From positions 7,662 through 71,661 of IMG/VR virus record IMGVR_UViG_3300042559_000447: 64,000 bases of DNA. One strand, 5' to 3'. Both the position numbers and the translations under genes were made by a program. The DNA is from a virus. Position 1 is the stretch's first letter. Each line of letters starts with the position of its first letter. Positions 56,892-64,000 of the stretch are shown here, piece after piece. The notes below the pieces were generated by a model, which had not been told where the DNA came from, did not search any database, and was given only the letters and a program-made list of their open reading frames with translations.

Positions 56892-58376
56892 CTACTTGAC
56901 TTTCTTACCTTGGCTCTTAAGTTGATTTGAATGTTCTTTCATATCCTTTAAAGCCTGATTGTAAGACGCTCTTTCTTTGTCTGTCATTTTCTGAGTATTT
57001 AATATTTGCTTAACTTGCTCTAAAGGCATCAAGATTGTTTTTTGGGTAATTGCATCTACTGTTTTGTCACCAATATCAAGTCTTGAAAATGTAACCTCAA
57101 CCATTGGTTCGTAAGCAATACCTGCCCCTGTTTCTGACTCTCCAGCAAATGTTTTTTTATTTCCTTGCCCTGTCTTTGTTTTTACCATGTAAATATTTCC
57201 AAATCCATAATCTGTTGCCTTTCCGACATTTGATTTTGGTTCAAAAGACTTACCGTTTGTCTCAATGGCTCCAGACAACAAAAAGGTCTTTGCTGTTTTC
57301 GATTGAACATTTTGATTTAAATAAGAAATACCTTCGTATTTAATTTGAGTACCTGGAACTTGGTCTTTTTTCTTTTCATAAACGAAAGCGCGACCGGGTT
57401 GATCTGGACCCATCACTGTAAAATTATTAACAAGTTTTCCCTCTTTGAATGTTTTAGGATCTTCTTTAAATGGGGTGTAAGGATCGTAGAAGTTCTTCAA
57501 GAAATGCTCAGTCAAATCTGCATCTGACATATTTGCTGTCTCTGGATATCTATTTACATACTGCTCTAATCTTTGTGGGTCGGACAAATAAAGTTCTGCA
57601 ACATCTTCTCCAGAATAAGCAGGAGCAACTCCTATTGCGCTTCCTCCTCTTGCTATAATTTCATCCTCTCTTATTTGTTGAGCCTGTTCTTTAGTTCTTG
57701 GCAAACCATAACTAGTTGTTATTATCTCAAAGTTAGATTCACCAACCTTCATGCTTTTTTTCTTCTCAGACAAAGGAGTATCTTTTCTCTGCTTGTAAAC
57801 CTCTTGTGAAAACTTGACAGGATCAAACGCTGGTTGAAATTTAAAGCCTATTTCTTTTGTCTCTGGGTCCACTGCAAAATAGTTATCGGAGATACCTTGT
57901 TTTGTAAGACCATTAATCCAAGAGTCATAGTCTGAACTATTTCTCATTAACTCGTATGCCTTTTTTTGGCTGGGAGAAATGAACATTCCTTTCTTTTCCT
58001 CTTCTGTTAGTTTTTCAAATTGCTTTAGCTGCTCTGTTCTTGTCATTGCAATATCCAATTCTTGCTTCAAGCCGCCATATATTTCGTAAACATCTGAAAG
58101 GTAATTGGTTGGATTTTCAGCCTGTGCCTTGGCCATGTCCAACATAGCCTTAGTTGTTTTATCGTTCACATCTTTTGTAAAGAGTCTATGATATTTATTG
58201 CGATCTTGCAATATCATTTTCTTTACGGCCTGTGCACCAGCATCTTCTGCGTCTTGTTTTGCCTGAGCAACTTTTCTTTTGTATTGCTCTTCTTGTTGGT
58301 CAGCAGCAAATATTCTTGCTGTGGCATCAAGTTTGCCAGAAAGCCCTATACCTAAACCTACATTTACGTCACTCAT
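56892..58376 (-). CDS. Putative internal virion/ejection protein
   Basis: Helical 494 aa between muzzle and giant protein. Confidence 0.55.
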   Translation of the reverse strand: MSDVNVGLGIGLSGKLDATARIFAADQQEEQYKRKVAQAKQDAEDAGAQAVKKMILQDRNKYHRLFTKDVNDKTTKAMLDMAKAQAENPTNYLSDVYEIYGGLKQELDIAMTRTEQLKQFEKLTEEEKKGMFISPSQKKAYELMRNSSDYDSWINGLTKQGISDNYFAVDPETKEIGFKFQPAFDPVKFSQEVYKQRKDTPLSEKKKSMKVGESNFEIITTSYGLPRTKEQAQQIREDEIIARGGSAIGVAPAYSGEDVAELYLSDPQRLEQYVNRYPETANMSDADLTEHFLKNFYDPYTPFKEDPKTFKEGKLVNNFTVMGPDQPGRAFVYEKKKDQVPGTQIKYEGISYLNQNVQSKTAKTFLLSGAIETNGKSFEPKSNVGKATDYGFGNIYMVKTKTGQGNKKTFAGESETGAGIAYEPMVEVTFSRLDIGDKTVDAITQKTILMPLEQVKQILNTQKMTDKERASYNQALKDMKEHSNQLKSQGKKVK

Positions 58377-58377
58377 T

Positions 58378-59349
58378 TTATATTGGGGTATAAACTATTT
58401 CTCCGTTAGCGTTCATTGATGCATCATAACTGTTCATAAAACCACGATTCATCATATAAGGATTTGAAAATCTTAAAGCGTTTGGATTATAAACTTGATT
58501 ATAAAAAGGATCACCGCTCATATCAGAATAACTTGCTGGATTTCCAGTTCTTTGTCCATCAGGAACCGAAATCATTTTTTGTGGTAAATAATTTGAAAAC
58601 GATGGAGTTGTACTAAATCTAGATCTAAAACTAGCCCCCATATTAACTCCTCCCATACTTGGGGGAAAATTTAAAGGATTTGTAGTTGGTACGTAATCAC
58701 TTGGTCCATATGGTTGTGAATTAGCAAATGTTCCGGGTTGTCCGACTAAACTCAGTGCGTTCGTACTACCAGAGTTTGGCGTTCCTGTTGCCCCTGTATT
58801 TAAATTTCCCATTGCTCCCCCATTTGCCATACCGGAAGCAATTCCATAAGTTGCTCCAGTCATTGCGTTATAAAGACCAGACTGCATGGCTTGCCCCAAT
58901 GCCCTTTCTGCTGAATCTCTTCTCTGCATTTGATATGCTGTCTGTCTGTTCTGTTGACCCATCAAAGTATTTCTAGCACCAGCAAGACCACCCATAGCTG
59001 CTCTTCTTTCTTGAGCCATCATAGACCCCATTTGAGTTGCGTACTTAATTCTGTCTAATGCACTTATTCTTCCTAAGAAGTTAGAAAGAGATCCTCTTGA
59101 TTGTTCTGAGGCCGATCTGTAAAATCCAGCTCTTGCGCCAGCAAATTGCTGATCCATCGCTGCTCTTTCTTCCGCAGAAAGACCTTCATTAAATCTTTTT
59201 TGATACATTGAAACATTCTTCTCTGCTTGAGTCATATCGTACTCGGGGAGAGGTTGTTTCTTCAAATCGTAAAGGCCTTTTAAAGCGGCTCCTGTTTGAA
59301 CCGCTCCTAATGCCATTTGGGGAGCATACGCTAAAGCACTAATTGCCAT
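58378..59349 (-). CDS. Putative ejection (pilot) protein
   Basis: A/G/Q/M-rich with hydrophobic N-terminus; TATATTTG 4 nt upstream. Confidence 0.55.
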   Translation of the reverse strand: MAISALAYAPQMALGAVQTGAALKGLYDLKKQPLPEYDMTQAEKNVSMYQKRFNEGLSAEERAAMDQQFAGARAGFYRSASEQSRGSLSNFLGRISALDRIKYATQMGSMMAQERRAAMGGLAGARNTLMGQQNRQTAYQMQRRDSAERALGQAMQSGLYNAMTGATYGIASGMANGGAMGNLNTGATGTPNSGSTNALSLVGQPGTFANSQPYGPSDYVPTTNPLNFPPSMGGVNMGASFRSRFSTTPSFSNYLPQKMISVPDGQRTGNPASYSDMSGDPFYNQVYNPNALRFSNPYMMNRGFMNSYDASMNANGEIVYTPI

Positions 59350-59369
59350 AATGCAAATATAACATTTTT

Positions 59370-62300
59370 TTAAGTATTATACAAACGCGGAGACGGTCTG
59401 AACTTAACGATTGCGTTTATAAGTTTCTGAGTACCAGCTGCGCTTGCTAAAAATACTTTCATTTTAATCCAACGCCCAAACAGACGAGAGGTATCTCCAC
59501 TGTTTAGACCAGTTCCTGTAGAATCGTTCTTTATTGTACTATAGAACAAATCCTCTCTCAATTCCATATCGGAATTATCCAAATAACTTGTGTGATTCTT
59601 TGTATTGAAGTACACAGGTTTGTTTGCTGAAGCATAAGGAATCAACTCAGAGTTTATTTGAATCGCTTCAAATATCTTCGGTAGATTCGGATCGTAATTC
59701 ATTACGAACTCAATATAAGGTTCGTAATCGCCAATAACACCGTAAAAGGAATAGTTAAGACCAGTATCGTGAAGGTAAAGAGTGTTTTCAAAGCCGGCTT
59801 CTGGATCAGGCGAGAAAAAGGTGTTGTTATAAGGCAAGTAAATGTTAGGTGTATAGCTATGAAAAGATACAAAGCCGTTTTTAATTTCGTCATACGCTAC
59901 TGTAAATGATTTGTTTGAGACCCCATCGTTATACTTAAATGTAAAGATTGCCTCACCATATCTGTCATTCCACACCCCATGCACACCCTTACCACTAAGA
60001 GGATAAAACTCGTTTGAAACATATTTTCCGTTGTTGACAAAGAAAGTAGATAACCCACGATCGCTTAGCACCTGTACCCCGTCTCCAGCAAGTCTTAATA
60101 ACTTCTGAAGCCTGTCGTTATACCAGTAAACAACGTCTTTACCATTTGGGTTCTTTCCTTTAACTACAGACTCTTTCTTAGACGTTCCTATGGATGTCAA
60201 TTCGACACCAGGAGCACCAAGTATAGAACCACTACCAACCACAATGTCCGTACCCTCTTGAGCACCAACCAAAGACGCATCTCTAAAGTATTGTCTTTGA
60301 ACTGAAAATTCTTGGAAGGTATAAAATGAATTGTTGATTACTTCGTGATGTGAGATTTCACCTCTTGTCAAGTCAAGGTCAGCGAAATCTAAAGGTTTAA
60401 ATACACGATAATTATCTTTAAGAGAACCAGTTATTTTCTTTGCAGACCAAGTAATTCTTACAGGAGACGAACCATCAAACTCATTATTTTCATCGAACGC
60501 TTGAACATCGCTTGCTTGATATACAGCAGAATAACTTTCATCGTATTCTAATTGTTCATAAGTATCATAGCCCTCTTCAATCCAAGCAATAAGACCAGTT
60601 CTCCACTCACCAACATTCATAACCGCACCTGTTGGCAAGGGAGGATTTGAATCTATAATTTGAGGAAAAACACTACCAGGAGAAACACCATAACTAACAT
60701 ACTCCAAAACAGAAATCAATTGAGAGTTTCTGGTATTTTGTGAATAAAAACTTATAGCATTACCGTCCTGTTTACTTGGTCTCTTTCCTTTTTGTTTTAA
60801 ATAACATTTTTGATTAAAGATATCTCCACCAAAAACACTCTGGGCATTTATTGTTCCGTTCGATGTTTCTTCAACAATAAACAAATGACCAACCGACTGA
60901 TAAAAACTTAGTTCTTTATTTCTTGGATATTTTAAATTTCCACCAAGATCTCTAAAGACTTGTCCATAATAAAGACCTTTGTCATTTGAAGACATTGATG
61001 CGTGAGGCGCACTTATCGCAGAAGTCAAATCAAAATAATAAGAACTCCTAACAGATCCGTTCCTACCCAAGCCAATTGCTGTAGCATCTGTTTCTGTTCT
61101 AAATCTATTTGACCCACTAATTTTTTTACCCCCGGCTTCAATAAAATAAGCATCATCTATACCATAATCAGAATACTGAGCATCATGCGTAAGAGGATCT
61201 ACAAAAAATCCGTTAGATTGTACGTATAAACTAGTTGATGAGGCAACTGCTTTATTTGCTTGTTCTAAATTATTTTTAAATGGACCTAAAACTTTTATCT
61301 TATCTCCAGGTAAGTATTCGTACTGCCCTCCAAAATATAAGTCAGAAGACAAGAAATTTACATACTTTCTAGAACTAATTTTACTTGGGTTATCTGCTGT
61401 ACCGTAAGGAATAGAGCCTTCTATATAAATAGGCATGATATCCTCATATGTTGCATAGATTACTCTTATAGAACTAGAAAACAAACCAGTTGCCATGACT
61501 TCTGGTATTCTTTCACTTCTTACAATTTTAAACGCCTTTATTAATTTTTTAAGAGGCGTATCACCAGTTCCGTCTCCGTTTGTATCAACTAAATACTCTA
61601 AGTCAATATTGTAAAACTTTGGATAAAATACCTTTGCTCTGTTTTCAGTATCACTTAAGGGCTCAGCGAGATTATTATCTATTTTCTTTTTAATTACCGT
61701 AACTGCTGTTCCGCTTGTTGTCAAATTCAAAACTGTTGTTGGATTTGGGTCTTGAGCGACTTGAAATGTGTTTGCTGTTACATTTATGGCGTAGTAGTAA
61801 ACATTGAAGAATAAAGGACTTGGGGGAGTTGTTCCAGAAAAGATAATTCTTTGCCCTTCATAAAATCCATGATTATTTACAGTTATTGTATCCGTTCCTG
61901 TATTTACAGATGTAACCGAACCACCAAATGTTTTTCTTCTATTGTCTGATGCATTTACGTTTGTATTACTTCCATCAAAACGTATATCATCTACCCAAAA
62001 AGCATTACTCCATTTTCCTGTGTTTTTCCATTGAACCTGAATACCAAAACGATACGTATCGTTTATCATATAGCCAGTATAGTCTCTTACGTTTTCAGGA
62101 ACAGCGTATTCTCCATAGTTTATGTTTGGAGCAGGAGTATCTGCCCATTCTAATATACCAGTTCCTTCAATAAAAGTTTCTTCGATAGAGTGTTCTATCT
62201 GAGTTGCCCAATCGTTAAGGTTATAATCTACCTGCTCCTTAAGATTACTCAACACCATTCTGTTATCGTGCTGAGTTATGTTCTTAACAGCAATATATTT

Positions 62301-63692
62301 TGTAGTAAGAGCGAGAAGTTCTTCAGCCGATATCTGAATAAGTTCCTGACCTATTTCTGTATGATCTACAACCAACTCCGTTTCCGCACCGCTCAAAGTA
62401 AATCTTTGAACCACAGAAGCAGTAAATGAAGTTCCTTTATATTCAACAACAACCAACTCAAAGTATTTGTAAATACCAGGAGTAAAATTTTTAACAGTTA
62501 GTTTTACCGCTTTGTTTGTAACTGTATCCGCAGGGTCACCGTAAATTTCATAAGCCTTGTCCTTAGTTTTAGAATAAATAGGAAAAGGATTTGTTATTTC
62601 TATAAAGTCTTGATATACGAAATCTTCGGTTAAGAATCTTCCTGTATATCTTTTGTTTCCTGCTTTTATTTTACCCTTACCTTCTATGATTTCTATGTCC
62701 TCGAAATAAGAAGTTTCGTTTGGTAAGAAGAACAATGTTTCAAAATCAACATTGGCCAAATCATATCTTCCCTCTGTTACATTTAGAGCACCATTGATTG
62801 TCTTTCTATTATTGTAGTTTAAGTATAATACTCTTGGAGGATTTAGGTTGTCTGTCCAGTATATGTTAATCTGAGGCCCCACCCTTTCGATTTGCATTTC
62901 TGCTTTTCTCTGAGGATGAAATTTTAATTTCTTTGAGCGAAGGAGTTTAGTATATGAATAACCTGTAGCGTTAGGATATATTACACCAATTTCTGAAGTG
63001 CGAGATGTTCCGTCTGGGTTTAAGTTATCTCCGGCAAGTAACACATACATTTCGTCTCCCAACTGAGTAGAACCGATAAATGTAAACTTACCAGAATCTG
63101 AACGGTACTCAGAGATTTGTGCGAACTTTGCATACTCCCCTTGAGTATTTGTAATCAAGAAGAAGAACTCAGTTGTAAGAGTTGTTGTTACATCAAAGTA
63201 ACCAGCAACAGCGGTTCCAGATATTGTTTTAGTTGTAGTAGTTGCGCTGTAGGTAAATAAGCCACCAAGCCACGCATTAAGAATGTTGTCGAGATCTGCT
63301 TTGATTACAGTAACCGCACTGGCCAAGTTGGTTGAACTATAGCTTACAAAAGGTCCTGTTGTCTTAGTGTGCAACACACCAGTGGTATCCTCGATGTAAA
63401 TTGTTGCATCGTGTGAAGCAACAGAGCCATTGTAGATATCTTCTACGTCTACAAATACACGATATGTTTGGGTCTCAGATGCAAATGTTAAAGCAGTTCC
63501 GGGAACACCATTGACAGTATTCAACAAGTTAGAGTTTCCCTTAACAGGAACAATGCCTGCAAAGTCTCCACCGTTTGAATCTATTGCCCTGTGACGAATA
63601 TTTCGAGCGTCAATATAATTACCTTTACCAATGTATGAAACATCGGTATCCTTGTCCATAAAACCAGTTGGAGATACTCTTACTTGTGACAT
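59370..63692 (-). CDS. Tail muzzle/stabilisation protein (P22 gp10/crAss muzzle-like)
   Basis: M.KDTD......Y.DA.NIR start, YWTDN.NPPR, GEI, FHSY.P, R.FG.W.K. Confidence 0.7.
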   Translation of the reverse strand: MSQVRVSPTGFMDKDTDVSYIGKGNYIDARNIRHRAIDSNGGDFAGIVPVKGNSNLLNTVNGVPGTALTFASETQTYRVFVDVEDIYNGSVASHDATIYIEDTTGVLHTKTTGPFVSYSSTNLASAVTVIKADLDNILNAWLGGLFTYSATTTTKTISGTAVAGYFDVTTTLTTEFFFLITNTQGEYAKFAQISEYRSDSGKFTFIGSTQLGDEMYVLLAGDNLNPDGTSRTSEIGVIYPNATGYSYTKLLRSKKLKFHPQRKAEMQIERVGPQINIYWTDNLNPPRVLYLNYNNRKTINGALNVTEGRYDLANVDFETLFFLPNETSYFEDIEIIEGKGKIKAGNKRYTGRFLTEDFVYQDFIEITNPFPIYSKTKDKAYEIYGDPADTVTNKAVKLTVKNFTPGIYKYFELVVVEYKGTSFTASVVQRFTLSGAETELVVDHTEIGQELIQISAEELLALTTKYIAVKNITQHDNRMVLSNLKEQVDYNLNDWATQIEHSIEETFIEGTGILEWADTPAPNINYGEYAVPENVRDYTGYMINDTYRFGIQVQWKNTGKWSNAFWVDDIRFDGSNTNVNASDNRRKTFGGSVTSVNTGTDTITVNNHGFYEGQRIIFSGTTPPSPLFFNVYYYAINVTANTFQVAQDPNPTTVLNLTTSGTAVTVIKKKIDNNLAEPLSDTENRAKVFYPKFYNIDLEYLVDTNGDGTGDTPLKKLIKAFKIVRSERIPEVMATGLFSSSIRVIYATYEDIMPIYIEGSIPYGTADNPSKISSRKYVNFLSSDLYFGGQYEYLPGDKIKVLGPFKNNLEQANKAVASSTSLYVQSNGFFVDPLTHDAQYSDYGIDDAYFIEAGGKKISGSNRFRTETDATAIGLGRNGSVRSSYYFDLTSAISAPHASMSSNDKGLYYGQVFRDLGGNLKYPRNKELSFYQSVGHLFIVEETSNGTINAQSVFGGDIFNQKCYLKQKGKRPSKQDGNAISFYSQNTRNSQLISVLEYVSYGVSPGSVFPQIIDSNPPLPTGAVMNVGEWRTGLIAWIEEGYDTYEQLEYDESYSAVYQASDVQAFDENNEFDGSSPVRITWSAKKITGSLKDNYRVFKPLDFADLDLTRGEISHHEVINNSFYTFQEFSVQRQYFRDASLVGAQEGTDIVVGSGSILGAPGVELTSIGTSKKESVVKGKNPNGKDVVYWYNDRLQKLLRLAGDGVQVLSDRGLSTFFVNNGKYVSNEFYPLSGKGVHGVWNDRYGEAIFTFKYNDGVSNKSFTVAYDEIKNGFVSFHSYTPNIYLPYNNTFFSPDPEAGFENTLYLHDTGLNYSFYGVIGDYEPYIEFVMNYDPNLPKIFEAIQINSELIPYASANKPVYFNTKNHTSYLDNSDMELREDLFYSTIKNDSTGTGLNSGDTSRLFGRWIKMKVFLASAAGTQKLINAIVKFRPSPRLYNT

Positions 63693-64000
63693 TATGCGTT
63701 AGCTGCTTTCTGTTGAGCGAATTCTCTCTTATAATCTTGAATGATATAAGCAGGATAGTCTTTGTGGTATTTTCTAGAGTACTTCCAAGCCAAATAAGCT
63801 ACAAGCATACGCTCCCACTTTTCTGGAATGTAAACCTCATCTTCTGAATCAAGAGCCAGCCCTTTATATGTAACTACCACTTCCCAATCTTCTGGTAGAT
63901 CTAAAAGACTAGAGAATATAATATATCTACCTTGAATCATATAATCAGGACCTTCAAAGTAGCAAGAACCTGCTGTATTTTTTACTGATACCAATTTAGC
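63692..64000 (-). CDS. Tail ring/adaptor protein, C-terminal part (runs off window end)
   Basis: Frame open to 64000; V.Y.GL.LD.E...IP.....L.AY; upstream of muzzle. Confidence 0.55.
   Translation of the reverse strand, partial: AKLVSVKNTAGSCYFEGPDYMIQGRYIIFSSLLDLPEDWEVVVTYKGLALDSEDEVYIPEKWERMLVAYLAWKYSRKYHKDYPAYIIQDYKREFAQQKAANA

Noticed and set aside
1-64000. Stop-codon reassignment as in some crAss-like phages
   Set aside because: Long genes are intact in the standard code; TAA, TAG and TGA all end genes; no suppressor tRNA seen
1-64000. CRISPR array or diversity-generating retroelement
   Set aside because: No regularly spaced repeats, no reverse transcriptase, no adenine-specific TR/VR pair seen

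Overview
This window is a large part of a tailed dsDNA phage genome, most likely infecting Bacteroidota (TAnnTTTG promoter boxes, A-rich translation starts, almost no Shine-Dalgarno). Its head-tail genes resemble crAss-like podoviruses, but I see no virion RNA polymerase. Layout: (1) truncated portal gene, minus strand (1-960); (2) recombination module with SSB-like and YqaJ genes (1.4-5.3 kb); (3) 1.4-kb non-coding region with terminus/origin-like repeats and a ~530-nt self-complementary RNA candidate; (4) dense plus-strand array of small early/accessory ORFs with a serine recombinase and a 1.3-kb non-coding RNA cluster (6.7-23.6 kb); (5) primase-helicase, PolB, MazG-like, class II RNR, phosphoesterase and terminase (23.6-33.9 kb); (6) minus-strand late module with fibre/receptor genes, small basic proteins, lysis genes, a 3406-aa polyvalent ejection protein, muzzle and ring proteins (33.9-64 kb). 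The most unusual signals are five tRNA-shaped RNAs whose anticodon arms are all replaced or destroyed, a strand-polarised 12-mer TTCTGA(G/C)(A/G)CCCC dispersed through coding and non-coding DNA, the large early ncRNA candidate, a repeated GGAGGTAACAA-ATGA gene-junction linker, and apparently leaderless promoters. All calls come from motif recognition by eye; no searches were run.
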